Positions 25,926 to 40,164 of a stretch of 64,000 nt of DNA are shown here, piece after piece. The notes below the pieces were generated by a model. The model worked only from the letters and a program-made list of their open reading frames with translations, searched no databases and was not told the DNA's origin. The stretch is taken from positions 116,934,001 through 116,998,000 of the forward strand of contig CM059432.1 of NCBI GenBank assembly GCA_030390025.1, read 5' to 3'. Position numbers and translations under genes: made by a program. The DNA is from Squalus acanthias. Taxonomy: Eukaryota. Numbering within the stretch: position 1 is the first letter of the stretch; the number at the start of each line of letters is the position of its first letter.

Positions 25926-27780
25926 GGGCTAAATTGGGCTGTGTAGTGCCTGTTTTTTAGGCTCTATGCAGCCACCTAATGCTTGAAAATGGGGTCCAAG
26001 ATGCATGTGCACAATTCTGACAGGGAGTGCGCTGGACGCCACCTTGGTAAAGGTGTTTGCACGCACGCACCTAACGACCACCAGCAGTATGCAGAGCAAG
26101 CAGATCATGACACGAATCAGTGTGCAACGCTGATTTGACACCAGCGCTGCCATTTTACAACTCACCACTGCAGCCTACGCCCTATCTTAACCTCGCACAG
26201 TGGAACACAACATTAAATAGAATGAAGAAAACCCACCAGCGTTATTTAAAGGGATCATGAACTACTTACAGGTTAGTTGCTGGTGTCCTCAAGCAACGCT
26301 TCTGCTGCCTGGAGTGCTCTGGAGGAGCCCTTGCAGTATTCAGCTGAGTGGGTATCAAGATTTGTGGTAGTATGCTGCATGCTGCACAGCCTTGCCATTA
26401 TGAGGGAACAGCCCTTTCCACCACCTATCAGGCGAGAAGCTGGGGAGCAGGAGCATGAGGAGGAGGAAGTGGAGGAGAAGGAAGTGCAACAGGAAGTGTA
26501 GGAACAGAAAGAGGAAGGGAGGCTGTAATGTAGACACCCACTTTCTGCCCAGGCTCTACGTGATCAAATAATTCATGAGCGATACCAGTAACCTCAACCA
26601 CACCTCCCCATTCACCAACAGTCCCACATGCCTTACCTTTCCTCTATCACTGACCATCACATCGTCATCTTTCCGACAATGCAAAAATAAAACCCACCAG
26701 AAAATGCACATTCCAATCCAAATTTATAAATTCAATCATTACAGAATACATACAAAAATAAACTAATCACTCTTGTGCCTTCCCTTAGTGACTCTTCTGT
26801 GTGCCTTTGCCTATCAAATGCTGCTACGAGGTGCTTCCCCAGTGGCTGCAGCATGGGTGGTGGAAGGCTGCTGACCTCCATTTGAGGAGACGGCAGATGG
26901 CCTTGGAGGGCAACCTCGAACAGCTCTGGGCCTAGAAGGCCCGGCTTCAGGCTGCACCATCTCAGCATGGGCTGCAGCAGTCTGGGCTGGCTGGCTGACA
27001 GGCAACAACAAAGGCACTAAATGAGTGGCAGGATTGGGAACAGGGAATGCTGACCTCCTGAGAGAGGACATCAGGTTTGTGCTCCATGGAGCCACTGCCG
27101 CTCTTGGGTGGTGGTGTTGGGGGGGGGGGGGGCGGGTTCGGGGAGGCGGCACCTCAGCAATCCTACTGATCTGTTGGAGAACAGATTGATGGACTGCTGT
27201 GGTATCCTGGATACCCCTTTTAACAGTGGTATCCAAAGCCAAGATGGCAGCAGTCTGAGCTTGCAAGGCAGCAGTCTGAACTTCCACTGCAGCACTCAGA
27301 CTTTTGATGGAGGCTACTTGTGCTGCAATGCAACCTGTGACATCAGCCATCAGGCGCTGCATCATGGTGGGTTCCACAGGTGTGCTGATGGAGGTGGCCA
27401 CCCATTGCATGTTGGAAAGGATGGGCTCCAAGCTCTGCGCAAAGCCCTGTGCCAAGTTACTGCTGGACTTCTCCATGCTCCTTGACATTGAGCGCAGGCT
27501 TTCTGGCAGGCTTCCCAGTGCAGCAAGCATTTGGTTATGTATGCCCTTCAGTCTTCATCTGTAGCTTGGCCCATCAAAGTCCTCATCTGAGTCCTCCGCA
27601 GCAGAACTAGTGTGTGACCTCACCCTCCGGCAAGCTGGCACCTGCGTTAGCCTTTCCCCCGCCTCTCCCTGTCTCCTGCGCTCTTGTGCTTGGTGTCTCA
27701 CCACGTGCAGATCCCTCCTTTATCCTAGCCTCTATAATACTCCCCATGCCCATTTTCTTGCATTAGGCAATTTAACCCCC
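25926..27780. mobile_element. Internally deleted Harbinger element with convergent transposase and Myb-partner gene tails
   Basis: LQYSAEWVSRFVVVCCMLHSLA (+, ~26330-26400); 238-aa A/Q/P-rich ORF (-, 26814-27530); TIRs GGGCTAAATTG / CAATTTAACCCC. Confidence 0.75.
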
Positions 27781-27949
27781 CATGTCTTTGGATCAAGTTG
27801 CCAAGGGCCAGCATGTAGATGAGGTAGAAAAGGAGGACATGCATTCTTCGGGGACTCCACAAGTCGTGATGCGGGGAAGAAGGAAGAACAGCTATTGCTG
27901 CAAGATGCTCTGGCTATGATTAGATCGGTTAGGGTGGAACAAATTGAGG

Positions 27950-28500
27950 ACATTCCTACTGAGCTTGACAATGGTATTGCAGGAGGGTGGTGTGGTCAAT
28001 CGTGTCAAAGGCTACGGAAAGGTTGAGAAGGACAAAGCGAGGTAATGCATTGCAATCACAGTCACAGTGGATATTATTTGTGATTTTGATTAGGGCTGCG
28101 GCAGGGGAAGAACCGTGATTGGACAGATTCAAACAGGGAGATGCATGAAAGGTGGGCAATGATTTAGGAGGCAGCAACAGAAGGACTTTGGAAAGATACA
28201 GGGTGGTAGTTTGCAAGGACCGAGGGTAGAGGGTGGTTTTTTTTTGAGGCAGGTTTTTATGCTGATTTTTGAAAGGGAGGGGACAATACCTGAGACATAT
28301 TTGCAATGTCAGCTAGCATGGGCCAGGAAGGGAAGTTGGGTGGTCAGTAGTTTAGTGGTTATTGTGGCAAGGGAATAGGAGGTGGGTCTCATGAATGAAA
28401 CGAGCTTTGATAGGGCGTGAAGGGAGTTGGGAGAGAAAGTAGAGAGAGATGTGGGTTAAGGTCTAAGGTGTATGGGTAGCCTGGTGAAGGTTTGGCTTTG
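27950..28500 (-). mobile_element. L2-like RT fragment
   Basis: ALIKITNNI..VLLNLSVAFDTIDH. Confidence 0.7.
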
Positions 28501-30731
28501 TGGATGCCATTAACACCATGTTAGCTGGAAGGTGAGAATGAGCAATTTTGCATGTTCACTCTTAATTGGTGCTTAACAACCCAAAAAAAAGTGCGTCTAC
28601 ATATTAACCTGGAATACTATACATAATAATTTTGGGAGAAGTAGCAAAAATCCGCTAACATGCTATATTGCCATACATTAAGGCACCCTTAATTTTTAAT
28701 TGGCTTCAATGCACAAAAGAATTTGACCCTCTTAGGAAAGTAATAGAATTGGCATCAATAACCATGTCCATGATGTTAACGTCAAGGTTACATTGTCCAT
28801 TATGGGTTTAGACTCAGCAACTGAGCCAATTGTTAGGAGTGGATGCAATGAAGATGAATTAATTATGGCACCACCTTCTGACATTACTAAGCTTTTACTG
28901 CAGCCACTGAAATCACACTCTGACCAGGCTTTAACATTGTCAATACAGTGGGGCCATTTTTCCTGTTCCTGTGCCTCGGCATATTGAATAGTCAGGGCTC
29001 AGTGCATAGAGGAAATTGACAGAAAACTGGATGGGTTCCCTTACAAGTATTGGATCCTCCCCACTCAATTTTCCTTTATGCGCTGTGCCATGCAATCCAT
29101 CAGACACGGGCACAGGCATATTTACCTCATATTTAATTTGTTGTATACTAGAAAGGATATCTATGCAAAAATTGCATTTATACCTTAGTTATGCATAATA
29201 TTGTTTCACGGAGCAGAACTAATGACTTTTAACAGCATGTCTTGTTTAGGCTGTATGTCATACGAGCCTATTTGAATTGTATCATATTTCTACAAAGTTC
29301 TCAGTGGACCTAAAAAATTTGCATTTGTAACATTTTTACATTAAAATTAAATTAGTGTTTTGAAGTGGCAAAATACAAGCCAACTTCTGCATGAATATAT
29401 TTATGTAAGTAGGACCCACAGGACCCATAGGATAAAAGGGGACAGTATGTAGTATAATATTTCAAAACGTTCTGAGACTTACATTTGTAGGGTTTTGATC
29501 TGTATATTGTGACCCTTTGGGTAACATACCCGTGAAACAGGGCTGGATTAGAGTAAGGTTTCAATAATAGACAGAGACAGACGTGCAGGCAAAAGCACAA
29601 ATCATTTATTTATTTGCACACAACGAATTGATTCTCCTTCTTGAATGCTCCATCATGTTGTATGATCCTAATCTCGTGGTAACTCTTCATAGCCAAGCTT
29701 ACACGAGGCTAATCAGATGAGTCACAGAGCAAGAGGTAACCACAGTATGGAACAAGTGATCAAACCCAGCTTTCTGCTGGATGTTCCTCTCATCCTCCTT
29801 TTATGTGGCTTGCTTTGACTGAATATAGCCTAGTAGTCTCCTCTCAGAGCTGCCCCTCTCCAGGTGCGTACAGAGAGAGGGAGAAATGCTGTGCGCAGCT
29901 GCTTTTGTTACTGCTCTGGTGTGGTTGAAAAAGTGGACTCTGTTCCTATGGTGATCTATGTGGAGATAAAAAGTGCCCTATGTTTCTAGCTACGGCGAGG
30001 CACTGCATTCATTTGGAATGGCCATTTGGGACAGTCCTCTTCTTGCCCCGGGATTGCCCTTTTCTGATATGGGTAAAAAGAAATGTCATGAGGAGCTCAC
30101 TCCAGGGGTTCCTTTATATATTGTGATGCTAACGGTCCATGCTGCATGCTGGACGCGTCCAATTTGTCTCAACTTCCACTTTAAAATACAATATCCATTC
30201 CTGCTTTCAACATAAAATATGAATGAAGTACTTGCATAGATTGGAGGAGAAAAGAAGCCATTACACAAAGGTAAAAATAAGCTGTTTAATCAAATAAGCA
30301 GAGAAATAGAAATGGGAAATAAATTAATTTTGTATTCTTTTCCACAGATATATCTAGCCCTACTAACTGTTTCACATTTGGTGAGCGTTTCATTCATGAA
30401 GATTATAATTTTTATGAAAAGGGGAGTCCCATTTCCCACAGTTCAAAGCATAGAAAAAAGACCTTATCTGTAATATGGATCACACTGCACTGTGAGAAGC
30501 ACTGAATTTTCAGATCCCACAAACTCTTCCTCATCTATATTATGCCCATCGGCAACATCATCCGAAGATGTGAGGCCAGGTTTCACGTGTGTGCCGGCAG
30601 TACCTAGCTTTACCTGTCCACCACCTCTCTTAACTTCTTCACTGTCTCTGTGCTATTAGACTGCTTGTCCGATATCCAGTCATGGATGAGCCGCAATGTC
30701 TTCTGGTTAAACATTAGGATGGCAAAGACAT

Positions 30732-33380
30732 CGGCCGAGATTTCGCTGGCCGAGGCAGGTTCAGGGCGGGAGAGGTCGTTGTCGGGATACGGTCCCGCTG
30801 CCTCCTGAAGCCCGCCGAAAAAAAGGATTTTACGTTAATGGGCCTTGTTAAGCCCGCCCGTCGCATTCCCCGACCCTATTAGAACGTGCGGGTCAGGTGA
30901 TGTCAGTGCTGACGCGTCTCTTGTCGGTTTATTTAAAGGGCCCATGGCCCCTCTTCATTCCACTTCCTGAATTTGAAACGACCATTGCTGAGATAGCTTG
31001 TTGAACTCCAAAATGAGCTCACAAAGGCTGCTCCTCGATTCAGTGATGACTCCCTCCATGTTCTTGAGGAGGGAGTCAGAGCACGCAGGGAGGTTCTCTT
31101 CCCTGCCAGTGGTCGGAAGAGACCTCCTCAGGAGACCAAGGCGGTCTGGCTGCAAATAGCTGAGGAGGACTCAAGCAGGGTGCCGCAAACGTTTCAATGA
31201 TCTCAGTAGATCACGAAACGTTACTGCAAAGCCACACACTACCTCATCCTGCTGTGCCACTCATCACATCCCCATCCCTCTGCCTTCCCTCCCTACTCCT
31301 GCACATCCTTACTCACACCAACTTACCTTGCACCTCCACCCATCCCTCTCTATCTACATTATCACTTCCCCATCTCACTAGCCACCCCTCACACTCACCC
31401 TCATCCTAGTCCAATCATACCAACTAACAACACACAAGGGTAGGCACTTGGGTGCTTTAGCCAATGTTCATGTAAAGTTTCTGTTAATGTGGTGTCAAAC
31501 ATTGTATCTTTATTTTCAACACTTTGTGTTCTTGGACAGATTTGTGTGCACCTTTAGAAGTGGCTTAGTAAGTTGCAATGAATGGTGAGACATAACGGTA
31601 CTCCCCGGAATTGTGATGAGTGTGAAAGGAATGGCTTGGGCATTGTGGAGATGCTTTATGGTGTTGGTGTGGGGTGGTGCCAAGCTGGCACATCATGTGA
31701 CAGCCAGGGTGTACAGTGTCAAGTGAAGTAAATGTGGCCGTGGTGAGGCCATCCCTGGCGTCCCGGGCAGCAATGTGGTCGGGTGCTGATGCCCTCTGTC
31801 CTGTGCAGCATCAGTTGATTGTGGAGAAGGTTGGTGTTGTTGTTGGTGCTGCTGGTGTGCCTGGTGCTGCTGGTGTTGGGGCTGATCGTGGTCAGATTCT
31901 GAGGACCAAGGTGAGAGAGTGTAAACCGTACCCATTCTGATGTAATAGATGGCAGGCGATGGAGAGATGGCAGAAGCAAATCCTTCAATGGTGAGAGAGG
32001 TTGTTCCAATGAGGTGCCACTGGATGGAGAGTTGGCTCTAAACAATTGCAAGCTACAGAAAGCTCTATGAGGGAAAAATTTGGTTGCTTTGCACCTCCCG
32101 TTAGCACCCTAAGAGGGCGCTAATGGGGCGCAAAGCAACTAGCGCCCGGGTGCGGCGATGTTTGCGCCGCTCGCGAAATTGACCAGACATTTTGCGGCAG
32201 CACTTAACACTACCGCCACGATCTGCTGCGCCCGCAGATCATGATGTCAGTCGAGCGTGCAACACCCCGGTAGCAACCCGACTGGATATTGAGTGGCGCC
32301 CCCTGCCTTTCCGCCTGCCGCTAGCAACGACAGGTTGAGGGGAATGTTTTGCAGTCGGGAAGGGGCTGGGGGAGCGCTATTTAAAGGCGGCCGCTTCCTG
32401 CCTTTTTTTGTCGGCGACATTTTTGCAGCACGCATTCTGAGAGAGAGAGAGAGACTTCTGGAGAGAATCAACGCTGTGTGAAGGAGTTTTGGGTACTGAG
32501 CAGCACTTTGCAGTTTCATTTTGATTTGACTTTCCTTGCATCGATTTAGAAGAGACTCGGGGGGCTGCACTCTGAGCTCTTTCCCTGGGCCTCTCCATTG
32601 TTCTTTCCAGCAGAATTGATGTACAGATCTCTCCAGGCCGAGATTCAAGGCTGCAATGAGTAGGGTTTGGATGGAGAGCAAGATCGACCCTTCCCTTTAA
32701 GAACTGGCCGGCGCCAGTTGTCTGTGTTCCATTGCTGACTGACATCACATGAGCTTCGCCAGTGCTCTGAGTTAGCGCCTCGCTCCTCGGCGTTAGCCCC
32801 TTAAGAGAGGTGTCTAGTGCCTGATTTAGTGCTCAAATCAACTCCAGGGGCGATAGAAGCCAAGTTTGCAGTCGGAGGCGATAATTAGCGCCAGGTGCTA
32901 AACTTTGCGCCCGGCCAATAATTGCGCCCCAAACGGGGCGATACTGAATTTCCCCCCCTAAATGTCTTACAAATGCAGTAACCAACAATTTCTGAGCTCT
33001 GAAACTGAACAGCTGCAACATGGTATCCTTTATACCACTTCTGCATCTGTCAGGTAATCAGATAAATCAAAGCAGACTCAACTCACGCCAGGGTGAGCTG
33101 GCGTGTTCCCCGAGCAGAGGGTAAGCCATGGGGGAGCACGTAAAATTAAAAGGTAAGCTCAAAATAACATTGAATTGGCTGTTAACAAGCCATTTAATGA
33201 TCTAAATTGTCTCCCCTGCCGCTTGATGTCTGGTCTGTTCTCCGCTGACAGACCCGACACCTGGGAGACTCGTGTGGAGGCGGGTTGGCAGCGAGTTCCC
33301 TACCCGCTGTCAATCTTTGCTATTTTGACAGCTGACCCGCTTCCGAACCCACCCTCTGGAGCGCCGGCAAAATCCAGCCA
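30732..33380. mobile_element. Deleted Harbinger element of another family, hosting derivative copy 3
   Basis: Myb/SANT start KAAPRFSDDSLHVLEEGVRARREVLFP (+, ~31023-31170); Q/H-rich ORF on minus (31693-31935), probably the transposase N-terminus. Confidence 0.6.
32069..32958 (-). mobile_element. ~890-bp Harbinger deletion derivative, copy 3
   Basis: Reverse complement of copies 1 and 2 with the same junction; flanks TAT/TAA. Confidence 0.9.
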
Positions 33381-33389
33381 TCATATTTG

Positions 33390-34060
33390 ATCCGCAACAC
33401 AAACTCGGTACCCTTGACACAGATTTCATCCCCCTCCTCGACCACGGTCTCAGGTTGAACCAGACTGTTCACAGCCTCAGTGTGCTATTCAACCCTGAGC
33501 TGAGCTTCCGACCTTCTATACTCTCCATCACAAAGACCGCCTACTTCCACCTTGGTAACTGTACCTGTCTGTCTCAGGCCATCGTTGCCATTGACACCTC
33601 CAGACTTGACTATTCCAGTATTCTTCTGGCCAGCCTCCCATCTTCCACTTTCCATAAACTTCAGGTCCTCCAAAACTTTGTTGCCCATATCCTATCCCAC
33701 ACCAAGTTCCACTCATCAGCCCTGTCCTTGCTGATTTGCATTGGCTCCCAACACCTCCAATTTAAAATTCCCATCCTCATATTTAAATCCCTTTATACCC
33801 TTGTCCCACCAGCCCTACAACTTCCCCCCCTGAACTCTCCTTTCCTCTGACTCTGGCCTCATGCATTCTCCCTCTAATCACCTCACCAGTGGTGGCAATG
33901 CCTTCAACTGCCTAGGCCCCACACTCCAGAATTCCATCCTTAAACCTTTCCACTTCCCTCTCTTTTTTAATATCCTACTTAAAACCCACCTCTTTGACCA
34001 AGGTTTAGGTCACCCCTCCTGATATCTACTTCTTTTGCTCAGCATCCATTTTTGGGTATT
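33390..34060 (+). mobile_element. L2-like LINE 3' fragment
   Basis: ITKTAYFHL..TSRLDYSSILLASLP..KLQVLQN..QFKI. Confidence 0.75.
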
Positions 34061-34164
34061 TTTTAATCCTTCAGGATTGGCTGAACAGTTTGTATGTTGT
34101 GGGGAAGTGAGGGTTACAATAATGGTGAGAGTAGAAAGTGCGGAGTGTGTGCGTAGCAGGAGAA

Positions 34165-34928
34165 TGTAAGCCTTTCTCTTACTACTGTTCAGACTTCGAG
34201 AATTACGAATAAGCGTAACAATGACAGATAAGTATGTAATCAATAAAATTGGTCTTTATTCACACTACAGTTCAAAATTCAAGTGTACATCGCAATCAAT
34301 ATGCACCCAATTTACCTGTACGTAAAAGTACCCCTAGCAACTCATACGCTACCTCCTGGCGATTTATATCCCAAGTCAACCGTACATAAAAGTACCCTTT
34401 AACAATATCTAAGCTCTATGGCCGACTTTTATACATACTCCTTTATCTCTGGGTTCCAGAAAAGTTGTAAGTCAAGAAACATAGACTGACCAGCTTTCTT
34501 TGTTCATCTGTTCTTTCACTTCTGTCTTCTTTTTTTCTGAATTTCCTGCCTCTGGGTTATCTCTTTATAGTGCCTTTTTGCCGGCCTCCCTTGTATATCA
34601 CCATCTGTCTTCCTCTGATAGGTCAGTTTCACTCCAAACCTTCCCTGATTGGAGTTCCTTCCGCATGACACGTTCATGTTCCTGTGAGGTGTGTGGGGGC
34701 GGGACTTCCTCTTCAACCCGGTGTCTCCTTCCTGTCCATGTGGTCTTACAAACAAAGTACCATGCTGACCACCAGGCAAAGGACCCCCTGCTGACTTCCG
34801 CCATTTTGTGTCTTCACAAACAAAGAACACATGCTGACCTCCTACATTTTGAACCATTTCACAATTCATTCTGAACTTCGATCTCCACATGGTAGCAGCG
34901 GTTTTATTACAGTTTTTAGAATCTTACA
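34165..34928 (-). mobile_element. Solo LTR, family B (764 bp)
   Basis: TGTAAG...CTTACA; TSD AGAA; homologous to 4386-5175. Confidence 0.88.
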
Positions 34929-35199
34929 AGAAGGAGGTGGTGTGAAATGTGGGACAGTGATTGTAGGAGAGTGAAGAGAAGCGGGGAGGGAAGTGTTGTA
35001 AGTAGTGAGGCTGCCGGTGGTGGAGTTGAGGAGAGAGCTGAGATTTGTGACAACTCTGTTGAGGTCCAGGATTGCCCATATCCTATCTCACACCAAGTTC
35101 CACTCATCAGCCCTGTCCTTGCTAACCTACATTGGCTCCCAACGCCTCTTGAAGTTTATGGAGAGTGGAAGATGGGAGGCTGGCCAGAAAAGTATTGGA

Positions 35200-35620
35200 A
35201 TACTCTGCAGGATTGCAGCCATGTCCTGGTAGCTAAGATCCTGGCATTGACCTCCGCTGCAACCTCTTCCCACTGGCAGCGGAGGTGTCGCCTGGAGGAC
35301 TTTTTGCCTCCTGGGAATAGGATCTTCCTCCTCCTGTCCACTGCCTGGACCAGGGCTTCCAATGTGGCATTGGAGAAACTTGGAGCTCGTTCTACAGGTC
35401 TTGCAGCCATTTCTGTCTTCTCAAGCGTTCCCTGCTGTCTGCAGCCTTAACGTACCTCCCCTTTAAGAGGTGCTGGCTGCCCTTTAAGTGGCGTCAGAGA
35501 CACCCAATTTCCCACCCCCGAAACAACCATGCAGATAAATAGGTCCCAGCATGACATCAACAGGCACGTGAAGTCCCATCCCGTATCACCTGCTTTCAGG
35601 AGCGATTGAATTTTGAGGCC
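35200..35620 (-). mobile_element. Harbinger end with Myb/SANT gene exon 1 remnant
   Basis: MAARPVERAPSFSNATLEALVQAVDRRRKILFP...WEEVAAEVNA..RTWLQ. Confidence 0.7.
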
Positions 35621-37507
35621 ATTGAGTTCAAAGGACAAATAGGACAGAGGTGCCAATCCTATGTACATTTGCCCTATTTTGAGAAGTCAATCAGAAGATC
35701 CTCCATAGTGTAGAACTCTGGATCGGGTGTACATCAAGCATAGAGAGGCACTGAAGGTTGGCCACATGGTCAGGAAAGCTGCCCGAACCTCAATAATCAT
35801 CAGCAGAGTTCAGACCCACCCTCACACACATAAATCTCAGCAGTGTAAAGACCCTTATCCTCTACCCATCATACTCACACACGCGCATCTTAGAAATTCC
35901 CAAGACAGCTAGAGGCCAACTTGCAACAGCAAACTATTTCACAGCATCGCTTCAGACAGCAAACTGTCTGGGCATATGAGAAACAGCGATTTCTTATAAA
36001 ATACTGGACAGCTGTCATCGGTAAAAATGAATGCGTCTCGTCATTTTCAACCGACATGAGCAAATGTCAGTTAGACAGAACCATCAGCCAATGGGTAGGA
36101 AGGTTTAAGCCGTTCCCACAGGAAAATGTCCCTTGAACAAATCACTCATGTGTTCTACTTACAACTGGGAGGCCTAGAATTCTGTCTTGTGTTGAAGTCA
36201 GCCGTATTTGGGCAAGCGACACTGACCATCACCTTCTGACAATGACGGTTAGAATCAAATTAAGTCTGACTCAGTCTGCACAAGTATAATGTGCAAGCCC
36301 TTGTTGGTGCTTACTGCATTTACATTTGGCCTGTTCATCCTGCTTAAATATATTATGCAGGAGATGTATTGCGAGTGGCAGGACTGACAGGAAAATGGTG
36401 TGATCCGGATGATCAGGTAGCTGACAGAAGATATTGCCTGTCTGTGTTACTGCCAAATATCAGTATGACTCACTGTATTTTGAATTATTCAACACAAATT
36501 TGACAGAGGAATATTGTTTATGGGTTAAGATGCACCGATATTGAACAAAGGCGCAGAAAGCTGTAAATTCTCCAAACCATCTGCTTAAACATTGCCTACT
36601 TTACTGCTGCTCAATCCATGGATAATGTGCAAACAGGAACAAAATGCAGCAGATGCAGACTTAATCCAGGCATAAAGTTCCAAGATACCAAGTTACTTCA
36701 ATTTTGCTCCCATTATTTAGAAATGCTAATCTGGGCATAATCCTGATCCAGTTGTAAAAGGCATCTTTGTTATTTAGAGTTCAATGAATGTTGGCCTGTT
36801 TTATATATCATTTGGTGGTGGGGGGGTGGTTGAACATTTTAACACTGGAGACACGTAGGCCCTGAAATTCAGTGAGTTCCCCCAGCCTCCTGCTGTAACT
36901 TCACTGGGAGACCAGTGGCATCGCCAAGAGAAACGGCGCCAATGGCTGCTTACGTCATTTCTCCGGCGGCTTATCTGGTCTGTTACGCCGGGAGACTGGG
37001 AGAAAGCCTGTGCACTTTCAGGACCATACAGATTTCTGCTGTATCTCGCTGGCATTCCTGTGAGCTTCTCGTTAATGCCACTGTTGAAATAATGGATGAA
37101 GAATTTCCCACACTAATATTTGCACAGCACAGTTTCAAAACCTAAAGGGGGAGAAATTCGGTATCGCCCCGTTTGGGGCGCAATTATCGGCCGGGCGCAA
37201 AGTTTAGCGCCTGCCGCTAATTATCGCCTCCGACTGCACACTTGGCCTCTATTGCCCCTGGAGGTGATTTGAGCGCTAAATCAGGCGCTACACACCTGTC
37301 TTAAGGCACTAACGCCAAGGAGCGAGGCGCTATCTCAGAGCGCTGGCGAAGCTCAGGTGATGTCAGTTAGCTATGGAACACACACACAATGGCACCGGCC
37401 AGTTCTTAAAGGGGAGGGTCGATCTTGCTCTCCATCCACACCTTGCTCATTGCAGCCTTGAATCTCGGTCTGGAGAGACCTGTACATCAAATCTGCTGGA
37501 AACAACA

Positions 37508-38127
37508 ATGGAGAGGCCCAGGGAAAGAGCTCAGCACTTCAGCGACCGGGCCTTGGTGGCTCTGGTTGGCGCTGTGGAGCGGCGAAGGGCAGTACTCTAC
37601 CCACAGAGTGGCAGGAGGCCAATGCCACGCGAATACAGAAGCGACTGGAGGGAGGTGGATCAGCACATCTCCTCCAGGAGCCTGGTGCCCAGGACCCACA
37701 CCCAATGTCGGAAGAAGTTAAACGACCTCACTCGGGTGGTCAGGGTGAGTGGCTGCTTTTCATCCCTCCATCTCAGCTTCATTCTGTGCCCAGAGGGTTT
37801 AATAACCCCAAATGCCCAACACTCATCCAAGACATATGGCCATCTCATAAAACACACATGCACATTCCACACCTTGCATACATTAAGGGCTATTCAACTA
37901 TGGGAGGCACATCAGGCAAGCACATGACTGCACATTTACTCAGACGCCGACCTTTTTCTTGCAGGCCAAGCTCTCTCATAATAGGCGCCAGCAGCAATGC
38001 ACGGGTGGAGGACCGGCTGAGCTGCAGACCCTCAGCGATTTGGAGGCGTGCATCCACAGGATCGTTGCCAGCCAGGTGTTAGGTGCCGTGGCCGTTGGGG
38101 AGGTCAACCCCCTTGGGGACAGCAATG
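37508..38127 (+). pseudogene. Harbinger Myb/SANT-like DNA-binding gene, exon 1 (37508-37744) and exon 2 (37965-38127)
   Basis: MERPRERAQHFSDRALVALV...WREV..RTHTQCRKKLNDL; donor GTGAGT, acceptor TTCTTGCAG, then AKLSHNRRQQQCTGGGP and donor GTAAGT. Confidence 0.8.
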
Positions 38128-38710
38128 GTAAGTTCATCAGCTTTCTCTCCTCTCTCATTCCACTTGCCCCTCACAACACCAGCCTTTTACACTTGCAATC
38201 CAACTTACTAAATGGCTCCACTCCTTGCTCCCTTACTGCCCCCCTGTCCTGACGCTAAAGCCACTCTTGTACCTCCCTGCTTTCATATAGTGAACCACCA
38301 GCTGACTAGCCTGTCCCTCAACCAACCAGTGGCAGCGGCGCCCCAGGCGAGGAGGAAGAGGAAGCCGGAGCCTCACCGCCTGCATCTCTTGAGGGGAGCC
38401 CATGCCCACACTGGGACCATGCCTTCCCTGGAGGGGAGCAGGGGGGAAGGGTCTGATGAGGACGAAGCTCTGGGACCCAGTGGGCTGCAGCAACGCCATG
38501 GGTGTAGGGAAGCTCGGGGGTCATCTCCCCGGAGGGTGAGTAGGCAAGCGAGTCCTGCTGCACTGGACGCAGAGGAGGAGCGCGTCATCGCGGAAATGGC
38601 TCTCATTATACCACAGCTCGGCTGGGGTGTTGCGGTTACAGAGCGGTGTCATCAGCCAGGTGCAGAGTGGATAACCCTTGACCCCGAGGAGCCATCCACT
38701 TGGGTGATGC

Positions 38711-39844
38711 TGTGAAGGAATAAGCCATATAACCTATTCAGAAAAATACACTATTTTATGAAAGAATTCTGGTCTTATTAAAACATGACAAACTGGGTTT
38801 GGAAATTTAGAAACCTAACTATTAAATAGCTATGAAAGAATTCTGGCTATTGAGATAAGACAGTTGTTGACCCTGAATAAATAACCTAATTGAAACAGAA
38901 GGTGCATGGCTCCGACAGGCTGACCTTTGGGAACAAAAACAATGGTTCACCCTGGATAAGGTGTTCTAATTTAAACTTTGTAAAGATGGCACATAAGATA
39001 AGGAACATCTGCCCTCATAAAGATGACATAAAATAAGGAACACATGCCTTTCACACCATTCTATATGGTGACCCTAGAACACCTGGAGATGAGACAAGAT
39101 TCTGGCTGATGTAGCAGTAAGAATTGCAGAAAGATGAATAGGGTTAATTGACTTGGGACAGCAGAAACTTTAAAGGAAATACCACTGAAAAAGGGTATAA
39201 ATATTGAAGTTTCAAATGGGATATCAGACTTGCTTTCATTGGGCAAAGCGATTCTCGGCTACAGAGGCAGCTCTGTAGTCTACCACTCTTTGTACCTTGG
39301 GGTTCAAAGGTATTTGATATTGATGGATATCCTATATAGAAAACGTTAAGAACTGTAATACTGTAGCAAAGTTAAGATTTAAAAGTAAGATTCTCTGTTA
39401 ATAATAAGATAGTATTTTTTCTCTTTTAAGAACTGTTAATGTTGCGATTGACTGATTCACCAACTGTAAATTGCATGTCGGTTCTTTTAATAAATCTCTA
39501 TATATTTTTAGAATTGTCTCAAATAAGTCTTCTGTATCAAAAACTCGTGAACTCAATCTCTGTACACTCTTTGGTGAAGAGTTACAGAATTCAGAGGGAG
39601 TTTTCCAGACCATAACAATATCTGGAACATTACAGTCTAGCTAAACTTATTAAAAGCGCTATCTGGAGGACAGTAACATGCTTGGGTTGTTCCTTTCTTT
39701 AGGGAGAGATAGCCCGAACCTTTAGACCCAATTAAGCGTCTTTAGGATTCGGCTACCTCAAACTCTAGTTGAAAGTGAACGTCTGAGAAATACGTCTGAT
39801 CCGGGGTAGCCCTAAAGGGGCTAGGACTAGTAAATATCCCTTCA
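38711..39844 (+). repeat. 5' LTR (1134 bp)
   Basis: TG...CA ends; TATAAAT ~39195; AATAAA ~39488; short direct repeats in U3. Confidence 0.92.
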
Positions 39845-39846
39845 GT

Positions 39847-39864
39847 TGGCGACCAACGTGTGTG
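39847..39864 (+). promoter_or_regulatory. Primer-binding site, tRNA-Lys1,2 type
   Basis: TGGCGACCAACGTG, 2 nt after the LTR CA; 13 of the first 14 nt match foamy TGGCGCCCAACGTGGGGC. Confidence 0.8.
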
Positions 39865-40164
39865 TTAACGAGTTGATACAGAACCCTATACTTATATTTA
39901 TATCTATATCCATCTCGTAGATTGTTAAGTATAGAAGGAGTGTTTTACTGACAGTGGTACTAAGACCCAGATTTAAGTCTCTAGAGACAACAAGTCCCTG
40001 ATTAGGCCTTGTAGAACTTAGATCAGAACTCCCTCAATATACCATTGAGGTCTAGAAATTTCTTATAAAGTTCATATTAAATCCTAACCGAGGTTAGTTC
40101 CTGACGAAATGACAAACCCTGTCGGAAATGGCCAAGTCTTTTTATTAGGAAATTCAAACGATTG

